Below the pieces are notes generated by a model. That model was not told where the DNA came from, did no database searches, and was given only the letters and a program-made list of their open reading frames with translations. Source: Neoechinorhynchus agilis (lineage: Eukaryota; Animalia; Acanthocephala). From it: 64,000 nt of DNA. The stretch spans positions 1,272,389-1,336,388 of the forward strand of contig CM121343.1 in assembly GCA_051530055.1 (NCBI GenBank), in the 5' to 3' direction. Both the position numbers and the translations under genes were made by a program. Shown one piece after another: positions 13,001 through 26,186 of this stretch (position 1 is its first letter; every line of letters starts with the position of its first letter).

Positions 13001-15320
13001 TCTCGACAATTAACACACTCACCACCTCCCGCCGAATTCCAGCTTTTGTCCTTCCTCGACCGTCGCCATCACGCTGGCAGCATTGCCCCGTTGTGCTGCC
13101 AGCGAGATATTTTGTCGAAGGAATACGCCTGCTCTTGAGTCTCCGGTTGCCTCTCTCAATTTCTCCGAGAGATCCTGGAGCAGAGAGAGTGCCGAGCTGC
13201 CGAGCGCTGCATACGTCTCTACCCCAAAGGGGACAAAATAGTGAGCCCTCGATAACTGAATATATTTCCGTATTTTCCTCCTTTCTGCTGCACTGGCGGC
13301 ACCACCGGCGATTTCGAGGGAGTAGGAGATGTTGCTGGCTGCGAGGGTATCCACGCACGTGGCGTCCCAGAGAAGGTATTTGCCCTCCCGCCACGGGAAG
13401 ACCGAAATTCCATCGGGCCTACGGCCGTCTAGTCTACAGAGGTGGGCAGGTTCCAGGATGTTCGGGAAGTTCGCCGTTCTCAACGCCCGAGAAATTGCGT
13501 TATTGATTTCAGAATGGCGTGAGAACCTTCCTGCTGACCTTCTGCAGACGAGACCGTGTCGCCCGCGAGCATCAACCAAAGACCCACATCGACAGCGATG
13601 GGGCGTGCGTATCGGGAGACCAAGTCTTAATGATACTGCGATCCTTGTTACCTCGTCAGTAAGAAGAGTTCCCACTGATGCCAGAGGAACAGCCTCCAAC
13701 CACGCCCCAGATTCTCGTGTTGAAACTGCCAACAGTCTAGCTCGGACGACCCCATCGCGAGAACCGGAAAGTAGAGAGCTGTGAGCTCTCGCGACAAGAG
13801 GTCCGTCCCAGATCAACTGTCTGAGGCCATTCACGGGAACATGGTTAGCGCTTGTCTGCTGGCACCATTCCTCAACCGCCACCACGAAATCCCGGTCAAG
13901 ACAGAACTTTTCCTTCAAAATGTTCTTCGAGACCGGTAGGCTCCCCTCAAACGATCCAAGAAAGGCCGGCAAAGCAAGGTCAACTAGTGCCCGAATTCCC
14001 AATCCCCCAGATGACACAGGCAAAGAAGCTTGTCGCCACGCCTCATCTGAGAGCTGGACATTTAAAATACGCTCGAGACAAGCCCTCACCTTGCCGTCGA
14101 GTTTAGCCAATCCTTCCTTATGTTTGAAAAATGTTGCTGTGCGAACCTTGTACAATAATTTGGGGATGAAGAGCGCGCTCTTTATGAGAAACAAGGCTTC
14201 ATGAGCCGAGAGAGCGCACAACCTATCGCACAGCAACGAAAGTTTCGGTATTATATGGCCGATCTCATCTTCCACATTTGAATCGAAGACGCAACTGCCC
14301 AGGAGGCTGAGTTGTTCCCGAGTCACGAGTTTCAGGCCTGGAGCTACGGCCTCGAACCCAGTCATTAGTTCCTTGACTTTGGCGACGTCTCCAATATTCA
14401 GTATAAGGAGCTCACATTTTCCAGCATTAAGCTCAATGCCCATCTTCGAGGTCTCCCTAATCAGCGTCTCCAGATCGCGCAGTACAACGGAGGGATCACC
14501 TCCGAGCGTAGCGTCATCCAAGTACCGAGCGTTGAAGCTGGAATGGAGAGAATGCGCTATTGGATTTACTGTTAGGGTGAATGCGATTGGACCGAGGGGA
14601 TATCCTTGCTGCACTCCTATTTCGGACCAAATGAGGTGGTCTTCGAAACGCAAAGGAGTCGCCGTCTCGTAGGCATTGAGAAAATACTGGAAGGCTTGTG
14701 GGGCATGATCCCTAATTGCGCAGAACATGCTTTCTCTATTGAGAGAGTTAAAAGCGTTCCGAAAATCGCACTTAAGAATCACGCACGGCTCTGAGCTTCT
14801 CGTATCAAAGTTTCGGAGCGAGTGGACAATAGCTTCCGCCCCGCAGGATGTGCAGCAGCCCAGTTGGACTGGACGAAGTTGCTGTCCGGTTTTCTCTGTA
14901 ATACGTTTGCAGAGAATTTTTCCTGCGAGTCGACGTATCGTCGAAGATACGGCGATGGGACGGATTCCACCTTCTTTTTTTGTGAGGGCACACAATGAGG
15001 CTCCGAAAAATAGGTCCCTTGCAACGGGGTTCAGGTCCTCTCCAGTCAGGCGGTCGACTATTCGAGGAAGCGCACTTCCTAGAGAGAGCTGCTTCACCAG
15101 TTTAAAAGGACATCATGTCCTTTAGGTGCTGAGACCTTAGCCCGTCAAGCCCATGACCCGAACCATTTGCAAAAGATGAGATGGCCTTTTGTAACTCTGA
15201 AATTTGAGTAGGCGTCCTGTCTTGTATGGGAGGAGATGGAATTTCAAAACTTCCGCTACTACATGGGTGCTTCAATTTGAATTAAATTGCTGGCTGAATG
15301 GCGTAATTTAAAAAACCTTC
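13001..15320 (-). mobile_element. CRE-clade non-LTR retrotransposon (RT + zinc knuckle + restriction-like endonuclease), 5'-truncated
   Basis: 692-aa ORF 13019-15097: GGIRPIA, DFRNAFN, GVQQGYPLGP, YLDD, GGLGI, HRCRCG...HGLVC, RHSEIN, RPDG, WDATC, PFGVET. The upstream in-frame segment LKHP...AISSFANGSGHGLDGLR is separated by one stop. Confidence 0.9.
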
Positions 15321-15439
15321 ACTAACGGTAAAAATATTTTATTCTCTATTTCGCCATTTGCTTATCTCTTAGCGCCGTTAAAAACGCATATTTTCAATCA
15401 TAATCACAAATGCAATTCGATTGACTTGCTTATATAAAT

Positions 15440-18400
15440 ATAAACACGTTTTACTAATTAAGAAGAACGATCCATACACTTGCCAGCATCCATCTTTGCT
15501 GAAGGTGTCAGGATGTCGGATGTTGAGGCAGTGAGGTGAGACGTGTCTTTGAAGGAGTTTTACAGGAGAATGAAAGATTGAGAGTCTTTCCCCGTTCTCC
15601 GGTTGTTAAGGAAAGATTGGGCTTGGGGGAGGAAAGATTTTTGGTAGAGGGTGGTACGAGCGAGGGGGGATGAAAAAGGTTGGGGGTTACGGGTGTTTAC
15701 GAGGGATGAGTATTTAGAGATGAGGGAAGAAAATTGTGGAGGGAGTTGAAGAAGACGGAGGCCGTTTTTGGAGAAAATGGAGTGGAGGTGGGCGTCGAGG
15801 GAGTGAAGTCTCACATATTCTCCCTGCTCTCTTGTGGAAGGTTTCGATTGAATGGAGAGCATTGACGGAAAGGGCGAGGAAAGTGAGGAAGGGGTTTGTA
15901 AGGATAGGGAGGATGGCAGAGAGATAAAAGTGGGCAAGGTGTTTAGGGGATAAGACGAGGAATTGCTTTAGAGAGTGTAAATGAAATGTGGGCATCCCAG
16001 TTAAGGTTCTCTTGTAAAATCAGGCCCAGTATTCGGAGAGAAGAGGAGCGTTGGATGGGGAGAGGGAGAGGCGCGGGGATAAGATTGCGTTTGGAAATGT
16101 GGGGGATAAGCTCTAAAGATTTGGATAAATTTCGGGAGAGGTATAGGGTGGAGAGCGAGGAAATGAGATGGTTGAGCTCGTCCATGGTTGTGGAGAGGGA
16201 GAGAGAGGGAAATGCGATGGAAATGACTGTGAGGTCATCTACATAGAGAAAATATTTGGTAGGGGGAGTGAGGGGATGAAGGTCATTTAGAAAAATGTCA
16301 AAGAGGAGAGGGGAAAGTACGGCGTCTTGGGGGACCCCTTTAAATATGGGCAGAGAAGAGGACAAGAAGTTCCACATTGTATATATTGTTTGCGGTTGGA
16401 GAGGAAAGAGGAAATCCAAGCGAATTGCCAGGTTGGGAGGCCAAAGGAAGCACATACTCGGAGGAGAAGGCAGTGATCTACCGACTCGAGCGCCCTGGAA
16501 ATATCCAGTTGCACGAGACGGACGGTTGATACTGGATTGGAATCCAAGCTGCGCACAAGCGTATCGTAGATGCAGAGGAGGGCATCAGAACAAGAGTAAT
16601 TAGGACGGAAAGCGAATTGGGAAGGGGAGATGTTTTTGAGGAAGAAGAGAAGTAGGCGGGTTTTAAAACATTTTTCTAAGATTTTAGAGAAAGGTGAGAG
16701 GATAGAGGTGAGACGAAACGTTGTGGGGGAAATCGGTTTATGGTTTTTGGGTAGGGGGACGACAAGGGCTTCCTTAAAACACGATGGGAAAGAGCCCAAT
16801 AGAAAGCTAAGGTTCGTTATGTGCGTTAGAGGATCGATTAGTTCCGGGGTGATGAAACTAATGGCCCAATTTGGGATAGTCGAATAAGGGGAAGAATGGC
16901 GGGGCAGGCGTTTAAGGATCTCTGGGATTTCGAGAGGGGAAACTAAGGAAGGGCATGTACGAATGGGCGGGTTAGAAAGTGAGAAGGGAGGTTGGGACAA
17001 TGGAGAGGAGGTTTGGGGAGGACAGAAGTTATTATTCATGTAGTTAAGGATTGAGAGGAGATCAGATTTGGGGAGAGATGCGAAGGGGTGGATCTGCCAA
17101 GACCAGTGACATTTTTTTATTTCACGCCACCAGTTTCGATTGGGAACGGACGAGAGACGAGATGAGAGGAATACTTTGCGGGCTATACGGATGCGTTTGG
17201 TCGGTGTGGAGGGAGGGGTAAGCGGGATTGCCTGACCGGAAAGCTTTCGTGACCTGCATTTGAAGGGTTTTTAGAAAAGGCGAAAACCATAGAAGGTCGC
17301 GGTTCGAGATTCGTATTGTTTTGCGAGGAAAGGAGGCCTTCGTCGCAGATTCTATTAGATTTTACAAAGAGCCCATTGCAATCGAGGGGTCAGTGCGAAA
17401 GATGGTAGAGCGGTTTTGCCTGATAAGAGAATTGACACATACAGCAAAGGATTGGGTATGATGATCGCGTTTATCCCAGGCAACGTAGTGGTCGGAAAAG
17501 GAACGTTTTTGAGGTGATGATGGGGACAGAAGGATGGAACAATGGTCAAACGAGGCGATCGGGGGGGGAGTTTGGTAGTGCACGAGTATTGCCTGATGTT
17601 TGAGAAAATTTTATCAATACGGGAGGAGAAGCGTGTGGGGAAAGTAACGAGTTGGGAAAGATGCGATAGCGAGGGCGGGATCGGCAGTGTGTTAAAATCG
17701 CCCAATATGATGAAGTGATCTGAGGAAGCGGAAAGTAGGTCAGTAAATAGGTGGTCTATTTGTTGAAGTGTGTTGGGGATGTTTGAGGTAGGAGATCGAT
17801 AAAGGCTAGCGATAGAGATCTCACGTTGGCCATTGCGGAGGGGGAGATGAAGTTGGATATGAAGCCATTCAAGATCGTCGGAGATGAAAAGGGAGGGTGA
17901 AGAGCAATGGTAAGTGAGAGAGGCGCGGATGAAGATCGATATGCCTCTCCCGTTTAGGAAGTCCCTTGTGAGGTGAAAGGCTTGAAAGTTTGGTATGAAG
18001 GCAGATAATTTGCTATGGGGTGAGAGCCATGTTTCATTAATTACAAGGATGTCGGCGTTGCAAGAAGAGGCCACTATATGGAGCTCATCCAGTTTGGGGA
18101 GGAGGCTGCGCATGTTAGAATAAAAGATTAATGGAAAGGGATGTTTAGAAGGGACATGAGGGGTGGACACTGACGGAGAGGGTTGAAGCTGCGCACAGAG
18201 AAGGGATGGGAGTTGATCGATAGGGTAGTTCGGGGGTAATGGATTCGTGGGTGGACACTGTAGTGAGGGGTGATTTGAGTGTAGGGACCATAGGGGTGGG
18301 AACTGTGCATGCGGAATGATCTCGGGGGGCAAGAGGATATTGGGTGTTGAAGAGGTGTTGGTAAGAAGTGAGGTAGTGTGCGCGTCCAAGGTATTTTTTG

Positions 18401-19310
18401 CTTCTGAGGGGCGAAGCGAAAATTTCCAGATTTGGTAGGGTGCGGAATAGTGGTTTTAGGCAGATGAGAGATGCGTGGTAGCAAGGATGAAATAAGTTTA
18501 GGAGGAGTTAATTTACGAGGCGAGGGATGCTTAACGTAGTCGTTGAAGGATGGTGGGGGTGTATGCGTTTTACTAGAAAATCGGGGTACATGAGAGAAGG
18601 TGGTAGGTTTTGAAGGGGCCAAAGTTGAAACGTAATCGTAGAAGGATGGGAGGGGTTTATGGTTTTTCTAGCAGTACGAGGTGCTAGAGAGGAGGTGGGG
18701 GATTTAGATGAGGTCGAGGAGGAAGGGGGTTCGGTTTTAATTGTGTAGCAGAGACTTAGAGTGCAGGGACGCGGGAAGAGGGGTATGCGGGATGATAGGA
18801 ACGGAATTAAGGAGGGGAGAAGATTGTTGAAGAGAAGACGAATTTGAGTGTGGAGAGGAGTCTTGGAGGGCGCCGACAGCTAAGGGTGGGTGAAGAGGTT
18901 TGGGCGGCGGAACTGAAGATGGAAGGGGTTGGGGATTAGGGGTTTGGGAGTGGTTAGTATTGGGAAGAGGGGAACCGGAGAACATGGTTTGAGCAAGGCT
19001 GCAGTATAGAATCCGCAAATAAATTTCCTGCCTGCTGCCCAAGAATTTGTGCCGAATATTTGAGTTTTGACCGGGCAATCGTCCATGTCACAGGGGACGA
19101 GCTTGGTGGTTGGGCGCTTTGACCTCGGCATTGATTGCAAGTGTTTATGACGGACGAGAGAGAACGTTGAGCTTTGACGATTGACGAGAGAGAGAACGTT
19201 GAACGTAAACGATTAACGAGAGAGAGAACGTTGAGTTGACGAGAGAGCGAACGTTGACTAGAGAGAGAACGCTGAGAACGTGAGTGAGAACGTGTTTAAC
19301 AAAGGAAACC
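15440..19310 (-). mobile_element. Near full-length CR1/L2-like LINE, family A (Cys motif, Pro-rich linker, APE, RT), frameshifted
   Basis: APE 17355-18389 (YSNMRSL, INETWL, YRSP, GDFN). RT 15943-17039 (QFAFRP, DISRA, GVPQD, YVDD). 3' end AAAACGTGTTTAT. Tandem repeats at the 5' end. Confidence 0.9.
19150..19290. repeat. Degenerate tandem repeat (gacgagagagagaacgttga) in the 5' UTR of family A
   Basis: About 5-6 imperfect units with short, variable linkers. Confidence 0.8.
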
Positions 19311-19489
19311 GCTCAGTTTTATACTGAATTATTTTCAGTTTATTCTAAGATGTAAAACCTAAATCCTTTATTTTAGTTTTTATGGTCCAAAAATCATTCA
19401 TATTACTGATCTGAGGGGGTTCAGATTTTTCTATAAACGACAAGATGAATTTTTGTGATTATTACTAGCAAAAGAAAATTTAACACCCA

Positions 19490-20019
19490 GACATAATTGA
19501 AATTTGCCAATTGATGCCTTATTTTAGCAGCTTGTCGAAGGTACCAAAAATATACGGCATATCACCGGGCTCAAATTTAAGACCGTCTGCTTGAAGGAGG
19601 TCATTTTGGAACATTTCATTCAAAATTTGTTTAGAGAAACTGAGGTCGTAAAAAATCCTTCTTTTGAATCCGAAAAGACTCTCGATTTCGATCTATAGTT
19701 TTGTGTTCGATAATAGCACGACAACGAGGTTGCATAATCTCCCTCCTACTGAGTTCCGATCGTTTGTCATAATTCAGTTCCTTACAGGCAGAATGCGCGT
19801 TGAATGCCAGGATGTCAAATTTAAGGAATCTAGGAATCTGTGTACCACCCACGACATCCTCCACAATCTCCCCATCAAGCAAAGTCTGAGGAAGATGATC
19901 TGTAGTGCCACGGTTCGTCACAAACGTATGTAAACAATGGAAGCCAGCCGATTCTCTTTAAAACTACACTCGTTTTTAACTAGCATAAACCGATATGAAT
20001 TATCGGACTTCGCTGTCGC
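19490..20019 (-). pseudogene. RNGTT: mRNA capping enzyme guanylyltransferase domain pseudogene, copy 1
   Basis: HLPQTLLDGEIVED (motif III), IPRFLKFDILAFN (IIIa), REIMQPR...IDRNRESFRIQKKDF, then after a frameshift QADGLKFEP (IV) and DKLLK* (V). Degenerate motif I AKSDNSYRFML lies upstream. Collinear with recalled metazoan RNGTT. Confidence 0.8.
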
Positions 20020-20419
20020 ATTTAAAAGCTAGATTAGAGCGATTTTGAAATTCCCGAAAAATTGTAAATCTTCTTCTTGGTGAACAATCAAACCTGTAAT
20101 ATTCCTCGTTTTCTAATACTTCCACACGGAAACGATGTATTCACTTAGTCAACATGAATCTCTCATAACCGATCGAGCCGAGAATTGTGCGATCATCATA
20201 TTTTTTAGCGGACTTGAAATAGTGATTGGAATTGAAAGACCGATTAAATAATGCAACACCAAGCAGTGTTCTCTTCAAAAATTAGGTAAGCATCAATTGG
20301 GAATATATTCACGATCTAATATTAAATTCAAAGATAAATCTCGAAATGTATTTTGACTATATCATTCGTGTGTGTGATAAAAGTCGTACTATTACAATTA
20401 AAAAGCCGAATTCATAGAT

Positions 20420-21149
20420 TGTACAAGAAAACAACTCCGTCGACCACGATTCCTTTGACGAAGATTTTGAAAATGCAGAGCCAATTCCAAATACAACAGG
20501 TAAATTTAAAATATGCTTTAAATAAAAATTAATATAATATTTTTAGACGACGACCAAGAAGACATTGCAGATGAAAACTCATTAGAAGATTTGCATAGCG
20601 ATTCCAGTAATGACTGGTCAGGAATGGATAATTATGATGACCAAACACATCGAACCATACATCAAGTTATATCGATTACGTTGTTATCGCTGAAACTTCA
20701 ACCGCTATCGATTGCAGTTCAAAAGACTTTGGCAACTATTCCGATGGAACTATAGAAGGAAAAATGCGGCCAGTACGATTATATAAATACAAAATCGACC
20801 AAAATATAAGATTCGAAGACAGTTGGGAAAAATGCTCTCTTCGTCCGAGGAATACGACGGAAAATATATTGAAGTAACTGAGTTGAAGCCACCAGGCGCT
20901 TTATCTACTACCAGAAGCTACGAACGGGTACATATTTCGTGGATAAAACTAATGAAACAAAAGGAGGAAGACGATAAACATACCGATTGGTCCCACGATA
21001 CTAAGAAATGCCGCGATTATGATTGGAAAATTTTTTCAACAGCGGTGCAAATAGAGAAATCGACCAATCATCTGATGGCAGCGAAGAATCTCCAGTGCAG
21101 AAGCAATTGTGATTCGTTCATTCGACCATTGCGCCAGGACGGCAGCTAA
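20420..21149 (+). pseudogene. Unidentified relic: acidic exon pair with a short GT-AG intron, followed by a frameshifted 108-aa ORF
   Basis: Putative intron 20500-20546 (gtaaat...ttttag). Splicing joins EPIPNTT|DDDQEDIADEN in frame. ORF 20823-21149 recurs at 21418, 44349 and 51879. Confidence 0.4.
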
Positions 21150-21351
21150 GTTATCCAGAACGGTGGCGTAAACGTTTATAAACTCTCGGGCATTATATTA
21201 TGGTGGCGATGCTTGCGTCAAAGCCAGTAAAAATATATAGCGTTGAAAGATGATAAGAACAAACAAATAAATATTTGCAAGTCGTACCTCGACACAAATA
21301 TTTGGAATGATAGTGCATTTTATTGGCAACTCAGAAATTCCAAGAATAACT

Positions 21352-21769
21352 CGGAAAAATGCGGCCAGTACGATTATATAAATACAAAATCGACCAAAAT
21401 ATAAGATTCGAAGACAGTTGGGAAAAATGCTCTCTTCGTCCGAGGAATACGACGGAAAATATATTGAAGTAACTGAGTTGAAGCCACCAGGCGCTTTATC
21501 TACTACCAGAAGCTACGAACGGGTACATATTTCGTGGATAAAACTAATGAAACAAAAGGAGGAAGACGATAAACATACCGATTGGTCCCACGATACTAAG
21601 AAATGCCGCGATTATGATTGGAAAATTTTTTCAACAGCGGTGCAAATAGAGAAATCGACCAATCATCTGATGGCAGCGAAGAATCTCCAGTGCAGAAGCA
21701 ATTGTGATTCGTTCATTCGACCATTGCGCCAGGACGGCAGCTAAGTTATCCAGAACGGTGGCGTAAACG
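21352..21769 (+). repeat. Local duplication of about 20757-21174
   Basis: Apparently identical, 595-bp offset. Absent from the copies at 44 kb and 52 kb. Confidence 0.9.
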
Positions 21770-23039
21770 ATACATTTTCGTGCTTGCTACCAGCTTTACA
21801 AGCAGGTTAAATCATAGCTTCGTGGTTCGTTTATTATTTTAGTTTTAAATATTTATGTTGGATTTTCATTTACTTCATTGTATCAAACTACCTTAAAGCA
21901 TAAATAATTATCTCAGTTAGAAGAAGATTTATCGACACCACGCAAATAAATGCAAAGATTATTAAGAACTATAATATTTCTCAATACCAAATCGATCAAG
22001 GAACGTCATTAGTTCAGTGCGTAATCAATATTTATAATGTGCTTTTTAATATTACAGAAGGAAAAATGCTGTCAATAAGACATGTCAATTGGTGTTTTTT
22101 TATCAAGAGATAGAATCTACAGCTTATTGATTTTTATTGATACTTTTATTCATTGGAAGGGACACTTTCTTTTTGATAGTTACTTTACTCTTGAATTTGA
22201 CATTCATCTTTTGCATCACTTGATCTCCTGGACTTTTTTCGGCAATCGATAAACCTCAAGCAATTTAATCTCAATAAGCTTATCCAATTCCTCCTTAGAT
22301 GTTGATTTGTTCATCGGTGTAATTATATTTCGATACTACATTTCTGCCCTGAGCTTGGGAGAATCTACATGGATATCGTCTTTTGGATTCATATTATGAC
22401 GTTCACAAGATAGCTTTTCATTGAATATTTTATAGCAATTCTCCCGATTGCTTTTGTATCTCCCATTAAGATGCAATGGTCCGAAATGCACACTGAGAGT
22501 ATTGATACTATTGATTTTTTTGGCACAATTAACATTTTAGCATATTGGTGAAACTATCATCGTCGTCTTTAGCGCTTCTTTTCCTACTATTTCGTTCATT
22601 ATTTAAGTTAGATTTCTAAGATTGAGGCCTTTGAACTATTTGTTAAAGAATCACTTCAGCGACCGACGTAGTGCTTGTTGGAATTGTTTGGGATTCCGCA
22701 GGTTCGAAATTAGCGTCCATATTTGCATTTCAGCTGTGGGGGCTGAATTCAAATCTTTTCCTTCGTTCAATGACGACAAAACGGTTTCAATAAAATTAAA
22801 TGCTTCAAAAGAGAAGAGATATTGGATAACGGTTTCCACGCAATTTTTTTCCGCGTTGCATCCTCTCAAAAATCTAATGAAATCCTAGCAAGAAATTTTT
22901 CTATTGAATCGAGGGTGTAAATTTCGGACAAACTTACATCATGAGATCTCAAATTGAATCTGTATTTTTGGGTATTTTTGAAAGATTTAAAAACTTACAA
23001 GCAATACCACAAAACAAAAACGTTATCCATCAAAAAGGA

Positions 23040-26000
23040 TAGTCAACGTCATCTCTCTCGTCACCATCCTCTCTCGCGTGAACGTCCTCCAAAATCGAAA
23101 ACAATTGGCGATACGATTAAATCTTAATCGCCGTGCTAACCTTCATGGCTGGTAAAAAGTCCCGTAACCCAGCCTCTAAGGAGATCACCTGTTCGTGCCA
23201 AGGGTGCTCGATAACAACCCTCATCGCCTCAACGCGCCCTTCTTTATCTGTGGGTTCTGCTGCGCCAAGCTGCTGATCAAATTGGCACCAGATCGAATAC
23301 CGTTTGGAATGCATTAGTCAATAAATAAGTTGTCGTCCGTTCAACACACGCCTTCTCCTGCCGTAAATTTGTGGATACCTCCCAAGGAACCCGCTGTTCC
23401 TTGTCAGAAATTGGACATACAACTGTTTTCCATCCCTCATCAGAAAATCGTCACACCTCAGGCATACTAGTCAAAACAGAAACACACCTCAGTGACTCAA
23501 ACAAAGACCGCAGCCATACCTAACTTCACTCACTTTCACTCTGTTAGAGACCCAACCCAAAAAAATTCGGTCGGCCTTGAACAATCCACTTGCACTCTAG
23601 ATGAACAGTCAACCACACCGTCACCCGACTTGACACCCATATCGCTACGACCACCAAAACTGACATTCTCGTCATTACGGAAACCTGGCTCTCCCAATTT
23701 AATAAGGACACTGCCATCATTCCCGTATTCTCCCCATTTCACCTAACTAGAGATGATCGTTCTGGAGGAGGCGTCTCTATTTACTTGAAGTCCTCCTTAC
23801 CATACACCATCTCCACCCCTCATTATTTTATATCAGAACATCTCGAATGGGTTCACCTTCAACTCTCTCTTTCTCTTCGTAACGGCAGCCGTGAAATGAC
23901 CGTCGCCGGTGTTTATCGCCCCTGCCTTTACTCCCGCAGCAACATCTGAATAAATCTACACCTTAATTAATGACAAACTATTGTTAAATTCTCAACATTT
24001 CCTGATTCTAGGAGACTTCAACCGTCTCCCTGCTCCACCGTCACTCTCTGATCTCTTACAACTAGCAAACTTCCCCTTGCGTGGTTCATCCAAACTAAAT
24101 AAAATCTTTACCAATATAGCCAAATATTCCGCTACCATTAAACTCCCACCCGTAGCGACCTCGGATCACTGCGCCATCCTCCTCAGACCAATTGTTCCTC
24201 CGAAGCGACAGTCCTCCGACCCTTTCGCGGTCTGGAATAAACGTGAGCATCACTCTCACTTCTTCTTCAACAAGGTAAGTGATGCTCTACCCGGAATCCG
24301 AAATTCTATATACAGCAACGACCCGTCTAAAGCCATGGCGGCATTGCACAATACTTTAGTCCATTGCATGTCTTTCCCTCGGAAAATGATTCGTATGTCG
24401 AATCGTGATCCACCATGGTTTTCACCTTTACTAAAATCACTGCAAGACAAGGTGAAAAAATCCTTTCGCTCCCGACATCCCGATTACCCAGAAATCCACA
24501 AGAGATTCACTGAGCACCTTCTTCACGCTCGCAAAACCTTCCTTTTTTCCAAATTACCGTCATCACCTAATCGTTCCTGGTGAAGCGAGATCAAAAATGC
24601 CATAGGCCTTCACAGATCTCAGCCTTTCGCCAATCTGCATAAATGTCAGCTCGAAAACACGCTCAACTCGATGAACACTACCATGTGCCCTCCCAAATCT
24701 TCCACTGACACAAGCGTCGTACGCCCCTGCGACGATCGCAACCATATGACCGGTGTTCCTCATTCACGCGTCTCCACTCTTGAGGTTTTCCTACTCCTCA
24801 AAAAACTACCACGTACATCATCCCCTAGCGCTCCGAATCCCAACTGGGCCATTCGCATTATCATTTCCTTTATCTTTGAGCCTCTAGCTCATATCATCAA
24901 TTCTAGCTTTGAAACGGGGATTTATCCAGACTGCCTGAAGACTGCTCGCGCCATTTCTATCCCTAAGGCGGGGAAGCCCGTTTCTCCGACTTCCTTTCGC
25001 ACTATCTCTCTACTCTCGCCGTTTTCTAAAAATTTTGAAAAATGTTTCAAAACTCGCATCCTCCCCATCTTTCTACAAAACATTTCGTTGAACCGATTCG
25101 GCTTCCGACCAGGATTCTGTTGTACTGACGCCCTCTTGTGCATTTACGATTCGATCCTGCGCAATCTTGACCAAGAACCGTCTTTCATTTGTCGCCTCAT
25201 CCAGGTGGATCTTGCCAAGGCCTTTGACTGTGTAGATTACGATCTTCTCGTTAAGGCCTGCGAGAAATTTGGCTTCTTACCCTGGCAAATAAGCTGGCTC
25301 ACTTCTTTCCTCGCAAACCGGTCGCAATATTTTCAATGCGGGAATACCTGCTTAACGACGCTTCCCATACATTGCGGTGTGCCACAAGGAGCTATACTAT
25401 CGCCCTTACTTTTCGATATCTTCCTCAACGACCTTACACCCCTCTCAACGTCCGCTAAATATTTCCTTTATGCGGACGACCTAACCATCATAACCCATGC
25501 CCCTCCATCACTCTCGCTCAACCTCACGTCCGCAGAGATTGAAAATCTTAAAGATTTTTGCACCACCCATCAACTCTCAATTAATTTCTCCAAATCTTAT
25601 GAACTTATTCCGTCGCATCGAAAACCTAGGACTGATATTCCACCGCCCCCTCTCGATATCCGACGCGTCACATCGCTTCGCATTCTGGGCCTAATCTTCC
25701 AACGCAACCTCAAATGGGACATTCACATTAATGGCGTCGTAGCAAAAGCCACTGCTAAATTGCATTTAATCAAGCGCTTGCGTTGCTTTCCTCTCTAAAT
25801 AAACTAGCCTGCAAAATTTGCTCCAAGGACCTCCCACCAATCGAAGAACATCTTTCCCAAATCTTCGATAAATACATGGCCTCCCTGCGTTCATTTCCAT
25901 CTAAATTTCTCCCGTTCATCTCGCCAGGGGAACCCGTCCGAAATACGCGATTTCCGAACAGATTCAATCCGCCTCTCCCTCGAACCACACTATATAAAAA

Positions 26001-26186
26001 ATCATTTTTTGCCATCGCACAATACACCCATGAGTCTACGGCCTCAATCGAAGGAAAGACTCAAGCGAATGCGACGACTTGCAACTCATTCCGAATTACA
26101 ATCTCAATCAAACAGCACGAATCCAAAGATACATGGTTCCTGTGCTTGTTTGTGTGTGGAATAATAAAACGTGTTATTATTATTAT
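23040..26186 (+). mobile_element. Near full-length CR1/L2-like LINE, family B, copy 1
   Basis: ATG at 23145 with a Cys motif. APE (DILVITETWL, RSGGGVSIY, GDFN, SDHCAI). In-frame stop at 24583. RT 24671-25798 (FGFRPG, DLAKAFD, GVPQGAILSPLLF, YADD). 3' AATAAAACGTG(TTA)n tail. Confidence 0.9.

Noticed and set aside
12928-15125. Numerous overlapping ORFs (192, 151, 132 aa etc.) around the CRE element, and likewise at 31146-31925
   Set aside because: Antisense or off-frame shadows of a GC-balanced RT-RLE coding sequence, with no independent motifs.
18128-19140. Extensin- or mucin-like Pro-rich host proteins (also 6401-7048 and 23492-23746)
   Set aside because: Explained by the C-rich strand bias of LINE families A and B.
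19150-19290. CRISPR-like array
   Set aside because: Units are degenerate, linkers are short and non-uniform, there are no cas genes, the context is eukaryotic, and the repeats sit in a LINE 5' UTR.
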